Assembly (NCBI RefSeq): GCF_001194135.2
Contig: NC_068985.1
Span: 41,936,980 to 41,997,728 of the forward strand
DNA length: 60,749 nucleotides
Direction: 5' to 3'
Origin: Octopus bimaculoides
Lineage: Eukaryota
How positions within the stretch are numbered: the first letter of the stretch is position 1; every line of letters begins with the position of its first letter. A program made the position numbers and the translations under genes. The notes under the pieces are model-generated. The model was not told the DNA's origin and ran no database searches. It saw only the letters and a list, made by a program, of their open reading frames with translations. This document shows, piece after piece, positions 23,781-35,975 of the stretch.

Positions 23781-24349
23781 CATGATGAATAATCAATGGG
23801 TTCATTTCTTGGAAGGATTTTTATTATTTGTTATCTGTTAATGCAGCTGGTGTTTGTCATCAACCTCATCATCATCATTGCTTTAACATTCACATGTCCA
23901 GTTGTATGTGGCAAAATGTGTGAATGTAATTGTGCATATCAAGTAAGGGGTTAATGTTAGTTAAAAGTGACCCATTAAGATGAATTTGCTTTTTAGGAGA
24001 AATTTTGGTGAATCTAAGAATGGCACTTTAGCTTTAAAATAAAAATGATAAAAACCTTATTCCAAGAGATAGAATTTAAAATGTAGCAGAATATAAATCT
24101 TGGGGCCAAGTATTTTTCAGGTGAATTTTATAAGGGTAATTGAATAGATTTTATGTCTTCATGGATCAGGAGGTAACCTGTAGAAGCCTCCCTCATTGCA
24201 TGGAAATTTAGAGAGTATGTTATGTTATACAATAAGAAAAGATTAACTAAGTGACTTGAATTAGTAAAGTCCAAGTGTACTCAGGCTGATGTCAACAGGT
24301 TCATTGGAAATCATATTTATCTGTTGCTGTTGTAACGTTTTCTGGCATC

Positions 24350-24968
24350 TTTTATCTCTTATCTGTTATTTGTTTCACTCATTAGACTGTGACCATGCCG
24401 GGGCTCTATCTTGAGGAATTTCACTTGAATGAATTGACCCCTGATCAGTACTTTTAATTTTTGAAGCCTGCTACTTATTTTGTCAGTTTCTTTTGCCAAA
24501 CTGCTAAGTTATGGTGTTTAAAAATACCAACACCAATTGTCAAGTACTGTTGGAGAGATAAATACACACACACACGCACACATATATCTTTTACCTTTTT
24601 TACTTGTTTAAATCATTACATTGCGCCCATGCTGGGGCACTGCCTTGAGGAATTTTAGTCAAACTAATCAACCCTAGTACTTAATTTCTTTTTAAACCTG
24701 TTACTTGTTGTATTGGTCTCTTTTGCTGAACCACTAAGTTATGAGGGGTGTAAACACACTAACACCACTTGTCAAGCAGTATGGGGGACAAACATACACA
24801 CACACATAATGGGCTTCTTTCCTGTTCCTGTCTACCAAATCCACTCACAAGGCTTTGGTTGGTCTAAGGCTATCGTTAAAGATATTTGCTTGAGGTGCCA
24901 TGCAGTGGGACTGAACCTGGAACTATGTGGTGGAGAAGCAAACTGCTTACGACACAGCCACTCCTGTG
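24350..24968 (-). mobile_element. Two tandem SINE family A copies (3' half 24350-24585, full 24590-24968)
   Basis: Two tails and one head (GACACAGCCACTCCTGTGC). Confidence 0.8.
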
Positions 24969-24974
24969 CATGTA

Positions 24975-26100
24975 GGATACTGTTCTTATCTCTTTCACAG
25001 TTAGGAGAGAACTGATTGGAATATGAAGGTGATTTTATAAGAAGTTCTTTTATGGTGGATAGGAAGTACATAGTTTGTAATGGTGAGCTATGTGAAAATA
25101 CTGTATGGTTTTGAACCAGTTTATTGCTACATCTGTACTTTCCATAGAGTTAGTGGATATTGTTGGGAGTAATTTCATCAAGAATTGCTTGTTGACTTTA
25201 TCTACTTGGATTGATGAGACTAGTGAAGTCTAACTAAAGTTTGGTTTGTGTCTTTCAAAAATTATAGTTGGATTTTTAGGATAGATAATTCAACTCAATT
25301 TCTAAATTCTGAGCTATCTGTGCAGAATTTGTCAGTGTTAGGGATAATAATATCAAAGTGTTAAGAATATTGGNNNNNNNNNNNNNNNNNNNNNNNNNNN
25401 NNNNNNNNNNNNNNGGGGGGGGGGGGCTGTTATGGAATTGGAGGCTACTCATTGTATGTTGCATGAATATTTGTATATATTTCTAGTTTTGTCCAAATGC
25501 AAGTGTGGACATTGTTAATTGAGTTTTTAGAGTGATATTTTCTTCCAGAGATCTTTCTGGAATTTATTTTTCTAGTGTCAGTTATATCTCTTACTAATTA
25601 GAAGTCTATGAGACAAAAACTAAAAGCAATCACAAAAAAATACCTCAGAATGATCAATGAGGCATTTTTTTGTTCTGGAGTCAAATTTTAGGCTTAGATG
25701 TAGTGTTTGGGTTATTTTCATCAAAGTATTGAGCCTCCATTTGAGTCTTTTTATGAATTTGTTAGTTCTGAAAATGTGCATTTTTTGGTAGTATGTTCTG
25801 GAGGATATGATTCAAGATAATTTCACCTGTTTTCTCTCCTTTATCATGTCATTTCTTTCATAGATCATCGTTACAGTAAGTCAGTGTGTTAAGGAACTAA
25901 TTCATTTCTCAATTCTTGACTAGTCTGAAGATTCTTATCTTGAAATGAAACCCTGGAATGAGACTGAGCTTTCCTACTCCCACTGGCTAAATTATGAAGA
26001 AAACTGCCCTTACAAATCACCTCATGGTGATTCATTAGAGGTAGATTTTCCTTTGGGTTAAAATGATCTTGGAAAAAATTGTAAGCTATGGAATCACTTA
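24975..26100 (-). mobile_element. Penelope-like element, N-terminal/RT fragment
   Basis: YYQKMHIFRTNKFIKRLKW and STDVAINWFKTI..SYPP.IKELL motifs of Penelope ORFs; decayed, contains a gap. Confidence 0.7.
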
Positions 26101-26305
26101 TTAACTCCAAATATGGTAATTAGGTTAATATATATGTTTTATATTTTATGGTGAGTCAGAAATTCATTTAATTACATAATAAAAAGGATGATAACAGATA
26201 ATCTATCATGTTCCATTTTCTTATATGATTATTTTTTTGTATCAGAAATTTCATTGAGTTTCATTCTGTTGAATGATAAGTTCATATCATATGTTCTATC
26301 AAAAC

Positions 26306-26311
26306 TTTATT
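26306..26311 (-). terminator. Candidate polyadenylation signal of NICN1
   Basis: AATAAA on the minus strand about 240 nt downstream of the stop codon. Confidence 0.4.
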
Positions 26312-26548
26312 AAGATACATGATAACAAGGATGATATCACATAATCCATTGCACTATAATTAGTTACATAAACACTGTTTTGTATCACAAATGTCATTGA
26401 ATTTTATTCTGCTATATGACAAGTTGATGTTATGTACTCTATCAGTCAGCTAGATGGTGATGAGCTGATGTTGGATAATCCATCAAGATTTAGATTTTCA
26501 GAAATGTTTCGACGATACATTGATATCAGATATTCCATTGAGTGTTGC

Positions 26549-26590
26549 TCAACTATATGATAACAATTTGATATCATAGGAACCATTTAT
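26549..26590 (-). CDS. NICN1: Nicolin-1 last coding exon (INGSYDIKLLSYS*)
   Basis: Long polypyrimidine acceptor ending ttttcag; TGA at 26551-26549. Matches the NICN1 C-terminus VDGCYDLNLLSYT*. Total CDS 654 nt = 217 aa. Confidence 0.93.
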   Translation of the reverse strand: MNGSYDIKLLSYS

Positions 26591-27049
26591 CTGAAAAGAG
26601 AAAAAAGAAAAGAAAAAAAGAGACAAATGATATATTAAATAACTGTGATACGAAGACATTTAAATTAGATGGATAATTGTTACTGTTGTTGTTGTTGATG
26701 ATGGTGATGATGATGATGCCACCGATTATGATTTAAATAAGTAAGTTGATGATTATGACAAAAACCACAAGCAATCAAAATGATAACAACTAACCCTGCA
26801 CTCCAGCAGCAAATTAACAAAATTGATGATGATGATGATGACAATAATGATAATGTGTGTGTGTGTGTGTGTGTGTGGAGGGGATGACAACAAGGAGAAC
26901 CCCCCAATGATTATCACAATAACAATAGCAAAACTCGTATGATACTGATAGTAATAATGATGATAATCACACCATTTTCATCAGCTTTATCATTATGAAC
27001 ATGAAGGTGTTGGTGGTAACAACAACAAGAACAACAACAGCAGCAGCAG

Positions 27050-27905
27050 CAGCAAGATAACAGGAGCTATGGTAAAATAGACTCCTAGACACAGTAGATA
27101 TATAGTCACAGTGTGTAAATGTTGACTGGATATATAGATAGCATGTAGAAAATTATTAGAAAGACATAGTATGTAGATATTGATTGGACAGATACAATAA
27201 GCAGATGTTGACTGGACAGATACAGTGTGTAGATTTTGATAGGGTCACCCACTTCTACCCAGCTTGTACCTTGCAGTGCAACTTGGGCACTTTCAGATCC
27301 TACTAGATATTTTCTATCTCTGTCTCTGTCTGTATATCTGTTTCTCATGAGCATACTAGGTGTGAGTAGCCATGCAGATCTCTATGGAGGAACCTGTGCT
27401 GCCCCAACCTCCCATAATAATCCACTCATCCCTTACCATGAAGCTAACCTTCTCCTCACTGAGTCTACCCTAGGGTTCATAGTCCTGCTGCAAACTACAT
27501 GGTGATCTCAATAGTGCAGGTGGCACGAAATAAGAGCACTCAGTGCAAGCTGTAAAGTGATAGGTGTTATGAAGGACATCCAGTCATAAAAACCATACCA
27601 AAGCAGACATTGGAGCTTGATGCAGTCTTTGGACACAGTGGTCCCTGTCAAACAATTCAGCCTATACCATCATGGAACATGGACATGAAATGATGATGAT
27701 GATGAAGACATAGACAAGATGTTGTAAATGATGACTGGATAGTTAATGTGTGCATTTGTTGATTAGATAGACATAAACATTGTGTAGATATATGTATATA
27801 TGGAGTATTGACTGGATAGATACAATTTGCAAATGTTGGCTGGATACATAGACAAAATATATAGATGATGATGATGATGATGATAACTGGATAGATAGTG
27901 TAGGA
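27050..27905. repeat. Minisatellite (GTTGACTGGATAGATAC-like units) split by an RTE-tail insertion at about 27290-27710
   Basis: Motif recurs near 27120, 27178, 27206 and again near 27808, 27836, 27886; lies in NICN1 intron 6. Confidence 0.6.
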
Positions 27906-27960
27906 CTGAAACAAGAAAAGAGAAAAAGAGAAAGAGAGATGCACATCACTAAATACAAAC

Positions 27961-28062
27961 CTCGTATTTAATCTGCTTTACTTTTGACCGACTATTCAAT
28001 GGCTGATTGACAAGGGACCACTTTTGCATTGTTTTGGAGATAGCAGACAGATCCATACCAAA
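27961..28062 (-). CDS. NICN1: Nicolin-1 coding exon 6 (FGMDLSAISKTMQKWSLVNQPLNSRSKVKQIKYE)
   Basis: Strong acceptor tttctttcctttctag, donor GAG|gtttgt; 102 nt, phase 0-0. Aligns to GLPDPSRVSSEVQQMWALTEMIRASHTSARIGRFD. Confidence 0.88.
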
Positions 28063-28856
28063 CTAGAAAGGAAAGAAATAATAGAAACAGATATAAAAAA
28101 GTTCAATACATAAATGCATGCAAAAATACTATGCTGAAAAAGGAAATGATGAAGTGGACTCTGATATCTGTGGTGAAATCAATTTGTATAGGAGGGCAAT
28201 AACTCTGAATGAAAATTAATGCAAAATAAAAAGGACATTTTAGGCAGTCAATCTCACTAGAGCTGATAGCATGATAAAATGCATCCAGTACATTCTGTAA
28301 AGTGGTTAGTGATGGGAAAAGCATCCAGTTATAAAATGACCATCCCATGCACAACAAATAATAGCAGTTTTTGGATGTTGTTGTGTGTATCACATAGTAA
28401 ATGAGTGCAACAAGGAGGCAAGACACTGTCCTAGAACAACATTAATGATGTTGGTGAAGATGATCATAATGTTGATTTGTATGTAGCTACTTGTTGTTGT
28501 TGTTGTTGTTTATGTCTAATCTCTGATCAGTCCTGCTTGAGCAAATCTATGATCAAAAGTATTCTGGACGTGACCATCATATCTTTCTTTCAGACAGTTC
28601 ATGTTCAGGGTGATTTCATTATTAAATGTCTCCCTCCATGTTCAAAACGTTAGGATATATATATATAATCTTCGAAACGTCAGGTTAGAATAGAGACAGC
28701 TGATGAAGGAATATTCCAAGTGGCTTTCCGTTTTCCTATGTGTTCGTTCCGTTGTCTGTAGTTCATTGTTCTAATGTCCTGTACCCTGATATGCATATAT
28801 ACACATGTAGATGTAAGTATGTACATATATGTGTGTATACATGTATATATATTCTT

Positions 28857-28904
<48 letters not shown>

Positions 28905-29080
28905 TTAAGAGATATTTTGCTGCAATTTGTAGCAGGTCCAGTAGCCACATAAAGTGGTGAGTTTGCTTGTTGCTTCAAATACAGCTAGGTTGAGCTATAC
29001 AAACCAAATGTACCAAAGCTCAAGCTGTAATCTACCTACCCATCTTTGGCAACAGAAGCAAAATAGGTGTAAGTACTTAC

Positions 29081-29167
29081 TGGATTGTATTTCATGCATT
29101 CATCACCATCGTCATTTTCAACTTCATGTTCCTCTTCATCGTCCTTTATCTCCTTGTCAACTGGTTT
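29081..29167 (-). CDS. NICN1: Nicolin-1 coding exon 5, acidic (KPVDKEIKDDEEEHEVENDDGDECMKYNP)
   Basis: Acceptor ctctttcatacag, donor CCA|gtaagt; 87 nt, phase 0-0; the other two frames have stops. Sits at the position of the variable NICN1 linker; little sequence similarity. Confidence 0.8.
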
Positions 29168-29334
29168 CTGTATGAAAGAGTACTTTTTACATAGACTGTC
29201 ACTGAATATCATATATTTGTACGCACAAACACAAACATACACACATGCATACTCAGATGTACACATATACTTCACACATGCAAATATGCCCACAGATACA
29301 CAAGTGCATACAAATGCACACACATACATCGTCT

Positions 29335-29530
29335 TTGTTTTAACATCCACCTTTCTATGTTTGCATGGGTCCGATGGAATTCATTGAGATCTGGCCTTCC
29401 TGTCACCAACACTCAACTGTTTTCCAAGCAAGGTAATATTTTACCATGACTGGACATGTTTTCATAGAAGATTGGGAATGAATGATACTGCTTGCATGAT
29501 GGTGACACTTATTTACAACTATTATGTAAT
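29335..29530 (-). mobile_element. RTE-family tail fragment (NICN1 intron 4)
   Basis: TTTTAACATCCACCTTTCTATG..CTTCCTGTCACCAAC. Confidence 0.55.
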
Positions 29531-29572
29531 GTCAAGGTAAAGAAACACACACACACTGCTGTTGGCATTTAC

Positions 29573-29683
29573 CTGTGATCCTCTGAACAGCTTTATATCT
29601 TCTAAAGAGAAATCAATCCAGACAGGTGAGGGTTGTAGTAAAATTAATTTTAGTTCAACAACATTCGTCAATTCACAGATTAA
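29573..29683 (-). CDS. NICN1: Nicolin-1 coding exon 4 (LICELTNVVELKLILLQPSPVWIDFSLEDIKLFRGSQ)
   Basis: Acceptor ttctaatgtag, donor CAG|gtaaat; 111 nt, phase 0-0. Matches MLCDMARISELRLILRQPSPLWLSFTVEELQIY. Confidence 0.93.
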
Positions 29684-30174
29684 CTACATTAGAATGATCC
29701 AGAAGATATACATAAAAGAAAGAGAAAAGGAAAAGAAATAATTTTATCCACAAAAAGAAAAAAACAATGAAAAATAAATTTTCTAAGTCATGTACAAGGA
29801 CATATAGAATGTATGAAGGTGTGTAATTAAGTTAATGGATCCTGATATATGACTGGTACTTCTTTTTCTTCTTATTCTTTCTTCTTCTTCTGCTCCTCAC
29901 CACGATTACGATGACCACAACCACCATCATCATCATCATTGCTGCTGCTGCCACCACCACCACCACCTTCATCAGTTAACATCCACTTTTCCATTCTTGC
30001 ACAAGTCAGATGGAATTTGTTGAGGCAGATTTTCTACATCTGGATGCCCTTCCTATCACCAACCCTTAATTCTACCAATCCACTATCCAGGACTGGTACT
30101 TTATCAACTGAAAAGGATGAAATGCACAGTTGACCTTGGTGGGGTTTGAAATCAGAGATCAGAGACTGAATAAA

Positions 30175-30405
30175 TATTGGTTTCAAATTTTGGCACAAGG
30201 CCAGAAATTTTGGTGGGAGGAGTAAGTTAATTTTGGTGGGAGGAGTAAGTACCACAATTCTCAACTGGTACTTACTTTATCAACCTCAAAACGATGAAAG
30301 GCAAAGCTGACCTCAGTGAAATTTGAACTCAGAATGTAAAGACAAATGAAATGCTACTAAGCATTTTGCTTAACGTGCTAATGATTCTGCCAGCTCCCTG
30401 CCTTA
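30175..30405 (-). mobile_element. SINE family B (NICN1 intron 3), CpG-depleted
   Basis: AATATTGGTTTCAAATTTTGGCAC...GATTCTGCCAGCTC. Confidence 0.85.
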
Positions 30406-30757
30406 TAGAGGCAGAATAATTATTGCAAGGTGTTTCATCCAATGGTCAAGCAATTCAGTGACTCTAATGATAAAATTAAAGAATTTACAGTATTTCATTT
30501 GGTTTTGCATTTTCAGTCATCTTTTTGCCAAAGTACATGCATGGGCTTATTTTACTGACCCCAGATGAATGAAAGCTAAAGTCTCTCTCAAACAAAGATT
30601 GAACTTAGAAAATAGCTGAATAAAACTAAATACCATAAAACATTCATTTTATCATTTATTTCAACTTGGTGTCTTATCACAATGAAGATACAAACTGAGG
30701 TAAGTTCCTTAAGTAACACAGTGGGATCTTAGTAACCTGTTTGTAATGCAAAAAATA

Positions 30758-30950
30758 TTAGTTTCAAATTTTGGGGAGGGGTAAGTCGATAACATCAACC
30801 CCAGTGCTCAGCTAGTTCTTATTTTATTGACCCTGAAAGGATGAAAAGCAAGGATGACTTCAGCAGAATTTGAACTCAGAATGTATGAACGGACGAAATG
30901 CTGTTAAGCATTTTACTCAGTGTACTAATAATTCTGCTAGCATGCTGTCT
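30758..30950 (-). mobile_element. SINE family B (NICN1 intron 3)
   Basis: Same family signature. Confidence 0.8.
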
Positions 30951-31339
30951 TAATTCAACAAGTGTTGTCAACAAATGTTAACACTTTTAAACCACAAGGG
31001 TAAAGTAGTGTTAGCTTTTTTAACTACATGTTTGACACAAAGTTTGAACCGAAATGATGTGTTGGAACAGACCTTATATTTTGGAAGAGTTGTTTTGCCA
31101 GTAATTAAACAGATACACTGATTGTGATTATTATTCATATATTTATTATTTCATTATAAGAAGGAATCTTTTTTGTCATAGTGCTGTAGCCTGTTCATAC
31201 ATTTATGCTGTATCTCATAAAGAATAAAGAAGAGCATAATAACCATTGTCGGTTCATATGTTGAATCATATTGGAAAATATGACTTTCTCAAAATATAGC
31301 AATAATTCTTTCATATTAATGGAAAATACCTCTATTTAC

Positions 31340-31440
31340 CTGTTTTTTGCCAATCACAAAGTTGCTCTCTGAGCCAATTTCACAGTGTGGGGCTGGCATT
31401 AATGGATACTTTCTCAGACATGTCTTCCATACTTTGGAAT
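31340..31440 (-). CDS. NICN1: Nicolin-1 coding exon 3 (DSKVWKTCLRKYPLMPAPHCEIGSESNFVIGKKQ)
   Basis: Acceptor aacttag, donor CAG|gtaaat; 101 nt; the only open frame joins exon 2 (G+AT=Asp). Matches KWVTCLRDYCLMPDPHSEEGAQEYVSLFKHQ. Confidence 0.93.
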
Positions 31441-31589
31441 CTAAGTTTTTTTCCCCAAAAAAGAAAATAACAAGAATGAATTTAAGCATCTATGGATTTT
31501 TATAATACATAAATGATAATTATGCCTAAATGGGGTAACACTGATGTTCTGCTTCTAGTGAAGCAATTATAGAAGTTCTTAACTGAGAG

Positions 31590-33680
31590 AGCAAACCACT
31601 ATATTTAACAGCCACCAAGCAGGAGGACCTTTGACAGGCACCACGCTCTGTAGTCTAGTGCTTAATATAAGATGAATGTTTTGTGAGATTTGTGCAAGCG
31701 ATGTACAGAGGTGCTGCCTCTAAGGTGAGAGTTAATGAGTTCAGGAAGAAATTTAGAGTGCAGGTAGGTATTCATCAGTTCTTAGCCTATGCCTTTTTAT
31801 TATAGTTCTTCAGGCTATCATCATCATCATCATCAACGTCCGCTTTCCATGCTAGCATGGGTTGGATGATTTGACTGAAGACTGGTGAACCAGATGGCTG
31901 CATCAGGCTCCAATCTGATCTGGCAGAGTTTCTACAGCTGGATGCCCTTCCTAATGCCAAACACTCAGAGAGTGTAGTGGGTGCTTTTACATGCCACTGG
32001 CACGAGGGCCAGTCAGGCAGTACTGGCAACGGCCATGCTTAAAATAGTGTTTTTTATGTGCCACCAACACAGGAGCCAGTCCAGCGACACTGGCAACAAC
32101 CTTGTGTGAATGTTTTTTTCACGTGCCACTGACACAAGTGCCAGTAAGGCGACGCTGGTAATGATCCCACTCAAATGGTACTATTTACGTGCCACTGGCA
32201 TGGAAGCCAGACAGCTGCTCTGGCAATGATCACACTCGGAAAGTGCTGTTAGCGCTCCACTGGCACAGGTGCCAATCATTGAATTTGGTTCGATTTCGAT
32301 TTCACTTGCCCCAACAAGTCTTCGCAAGCAGAGTTTAGTGTCCAATGAAGGAGAGGTTGACATGGGTGCCAGTTGTCGAATTTGGTTCGATTTCGATTTC
32401 ACTTGCCTCAACAGGTCTTCGCAAGCAGAGTTTAGTGTCCAATGAAGTAAAAGTATGAATAAGTGGGCTGGCTACACCCCTGGCAGAGGCCACGGATTAT
32501 GGTCTCACTTGGCTTGCCGGGTCTTCTTACGCACTGCATATTTCCAAAGGTCTCGGTCACTAGTCATTGCTTCGGTGAGGTTATAACAGAATAATTTAAG
32601 ACTATCTGTCTGTGGGAACTCTTATACACCAATGACCTACTTCTCATACATTAATCTATCAAAGAATTAAAGAGAATTAGACAAGAAACTTCAAATGTGG
32701 AAGCAAAGCATAGAACCAAAATGTTTCAAAGTAAACTTAGTGAAGATAAATGTTTTGGTTGGCAGGAAAGAAGACAAGCCTCTACATCCATGAACAAAGT
32801 AACTATGCTCAATATGCAGAAAAGCATTCGGAAGAAATGTTATAAGGAGTATCCAATGTGAACAATGAGTGCATAAGGAGTGCAGTGGATCACAAGATAA
32901 GCTGACAGAAATGAAAGACTTCCTGCGATATACAGGAGTAGTTAGCAATGATAGCACACATGAAATAATTTTTTCTAAATTCTTGGAAGCATTCCACCTT
33001 AGAGTGATTGATAGTTTCTGTTACCTAGATGACCTAATTAATAATGGAGGCTGGAGTTCTGAAAGATAGTAGCCAAGTTAAGAATGGAATGGGAAATGTT
33101 CAGGGAACTATTATCTACGCTCTCATGCTCATCACTAAGTGGGTGCACTGGATGGTACAGCCCCTTCACTAGTCAATGGTGCACCCTCAGATTTACAGAA
33201 ATACACTTACTTTGAAACTCCAATTTAGCATTATTACAAATTAGTGCCCAACCAAAATATTCTGAAGCACCCCTAGGAGAGCAAATTGTATGATGTTTGT
33301 GTATGAATCAGAACGTGACATGGTCATTGAATGTAGAGTATGTGCAAAGGTTGGAAAGAAATCAGGCAAGCAAGCATGACTAGATGTGTATGTTAGCATA
33401 TTTATGAACCATGGAGAAGAAATGAATTGAGAGATAAAGTGAGTAAAAGGGATGTGAGATATAGAATGCAATAAAGAAGACCATATTGGTATGACATGTG
33501 ATGCATATAAAGAATGAGGGTTATGTTTAAAAAAATGTGCCCAATTATCCAAACAGAAGGAACCTGCAGAAGAGGAAGATTGAAAAGGACATGGAAAGAA
33601 TTGGTGAAAGCTGATCTTAGGAGGTTGAACTTCACAAAGGAGATAACCAAGGATTGCAGTGAATGGCAAGATGTTTAGTG
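31590..33680 (+). mobile_element. RTE LINE RT-to-3'-end remnant (NICN1 intron 2), interrupted
   Basis: LFIIVLQA|ITE..CLWELLYTND, VIDSFCYLDD, RGRLKRTWKELVKADL; split at about 31818-32580 by another RTE tail. Confidence 0.8.
31818..32580 (-). mobile_element. Young RTE 3' UTR/tail copy
   Basis: (CAT)n, TGCCACTGGCAC arrays, about 70-bp internal duplication (32281-32349/32378-32447), RTE ORF end. Confidence 0.85.
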
Positions 33681-34975
33681 GATCTCTCTCTAATCAATGT
33701 AAGTCAATAGATGTTGATTTATAAAGGTCTAAGAGCAGCAGTAATGACATCAATTTCACAGGTCTAGGAAGACCTTTACCTCCAGACCCAGCAAGTAAAA
33801 TAAAACATGCATACACACACTTCAATATGTGTATATGTAATCTCAGTTAAAACAATTGCTATATTCTTTCTACATATCAATAATCATATTTCAAATTTTA
33901 AATTGTAGTCTCTCAAAGATATTAAAATACCTGAAATGGGCATCATACCAATAGGACTCCAACAAAGAAACCATCTCTTGCATGTACAGAAAAGTGATTA
34001 GAGAAAACAAAACTGATTTGAAACCACAAATTGACAGCAGACTCAAGTAACACTAAAAGCAGCATTGATTGCTCCTTTAAATTACCTAGTTGCATTCTCC
34101 TTCATTCATGTCTACAAAACACACATACTTTTCTTTCCCATCTCATCACCTACACAGTATTTTTTTCCCCTACTATGGCCACTAGCACTCTTGCAAGCCC
34201 CACATTAACCAATCTGTAATCCTTTTTTTTTTTCTCAGAGCAACAACCTTCTGGAATTCCTTCACACCCATGTTTTTTTTTTCCTACAAATGTTGCCTTA
34301 CAGATATTCAAGCTGAGCATCAGTCACATCAATCTCACATATCTGGGAGGGCTTGTGAACTTTATGGGCACTGTCCATTCTTCCTTGCTAAACCATTAAG
34401 ACATATTTTGTTGTTAGTAACATTTTGATAGCTTGAGGATAATCAAACAAGTACCTGTAATTTATTAAGTGTAGGATATCCTCTGAACTTTTCTCAGTTC
34501 AATCTTCATCCCAAATTGCAGAAAAGTCCATCACAGGGAGTGGGTGCTTAATTTCCCAGTGTAATTAAATATATAAAACATGGATCTGTATATATATATA
34601 TTCATTTATTTATTCATAACAGACACTGTAGTGGCAGTTTAGTAATGATATATAAATAGTTTAAAGCAAAATACATAGTTCTGAGTGCACTGAGGCTGAA
34701 TTAGATCCACTTAGGTCAAAATAAAGATTGTTCATTTATCAGAACCAAATGTCCTTCTCTTGGTTATAACCACAAAATTATTTTAAAACAAGGTTAAGTG
34801 TACATTGTTGTACAGAGTTAGTGAAGGTGTCAGGAACTTAGTACAATGCTAGTGATAGGATACAGAAGGCTGACTTTTGACTGGTAACCTGTCACCTTGT
34901 CAGCTTAATCTGATTATTGTTAGGTTACACAAGAAGAGGGGCACATCATAGAATGACAAAAACTAATTATCTTAC

Positions 34976-35051
34976 CTTGATTAGCAAGTTGGAACTTGGC
35001 TTTGATTGTAAGTAAAGCTGTGTAATAGTTTTGAAAGTGGATTTCATCAAT
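34976..35051 (-). CDS. NICN1: Nicolin-1 coding exon 2 (IDEIHFQNYYTALLTIKAKFQLANQ)
   Basis: Acceptor tgtttgtaattag, donor CAAG|gtaaga; 76 nt, phase 0 to 1. Matches the NICN1 motif LQEITFKNYYTAFLSIR. Confidence 0.93.
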
Positions 35052-35524
35052 CTAATTACAAACAGAATATATAATTAGCAATAAAGAGTTTTTTTTTTTA
35101 ATTTTAAAGAGCACAGGTTTTTTTGGTTATGTATTTATAAATAACTTGAAGGTATTTTTACCTATCAAAGACAATCATTATTTCTTATTGATATACAAAA
35201 TGACTGCTTCATTCCTTTATCCATTCCTGATTGATTTATAAATCAGTCACTTATAATAACAGCAACTGCTCTATATTATGGGTATAAACAAGCCACAATT
35301 GTTTTTGTCATTTTGCTGTATCTCAGGAGGATCGTTAAGCCAATAACAAACAAGTACTGGTTTTATTTCACTTCTTTGTCATTTAGTTAAGTGTTTGTGG
35401 AAAAGGTTGAGTCTCTCACAGCTAAGATTTACCCTATGATTTGGAGAAACTTTGGCCATAGTTGAGGAATGCAGAAGTATTAAAGCCACTCACCCTGGTG
35501 AAGAAGATTCACCCTGGTGAAGAA

Positions 35525-35975
35525 AAGTCCTGTGCCGGTGCCATGTAATAGCACTTGTGTGGTTGCTGTATTAACCCATAAACTGCTAGGATTTTGCTGT
35601 ATGTAACACGAACTGCTGAGCCTATTTTGGGTAAAGATCAACATCGATCTATCACTCGAAAAAAATACTCAGTGTTTCTTAACACCTTCTGTGATTAGCT
35701 ACACTGTTTCTGGGGTGAAAGGGTATCGTGTGCATACATTATACATCATCAAAATTAGGTCAGATCATGCCCTACTTCCATGGCCTGTTGCACTGTCGCA
35801 TTGGCCACTGAGGTGGCGTATCGCAGTTTATGGGTTAAAAGCACCCAGCACACACCGTAGAGTGCTTACTGTTAGGAAGGGCATCCAGCTGTAGAAATCA
35901 TGCCAAATCAGACTGGAGCCAGGTGCAGCTCTCTGGCTTGCCAGCATGGACAATGGACATTAAATGATGATGATG
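35525..35975 (+). mobile_element. RTE-family tail copy interrupted by a MITE
   Basis: GTGCCGGTGCCATGT...AAAAGCACCC..GTTAGGAAGGGCATCCAGCTGTAG..(GAT)n. Confidence 0.7.
35575..35834. mobile_element. 260-bp piggyBac-type MITE
   Basis: TTAA|CCCATAAACTGC...GCAGTTTATGGG|TTAA. Confidence 0.8.

Noticed and set aside
25889-26110. 73-aa ORF next to the NICN1 3' end as a possible extra exon
   Set aside because: Lies downstream of the NICN1 stop and is contiguous with the Penelope remnant.
28660-28790. GAAACGTC...CTGATGAAGG hammerhead-like words
   Set aside because: Stem I does not pair; treated as a decayed Penelope pLTR remnant.
33931-33976. Exon-like 46 nt (RWFLCWSPIGMMPIS) with AG/GT in NICN1 intron 2
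   Set aside because: Exon 2 splices in frame directly to exon 3 and matches NICN1 without it; including it breaks the frame.
34300-34560. Exon-like frame QGRMDSAHK..EIDVTDAQLEY with donor gtaagg
   Set aside because: No NICN1 similarity; neighbouring sequence looks like decayed CR1.
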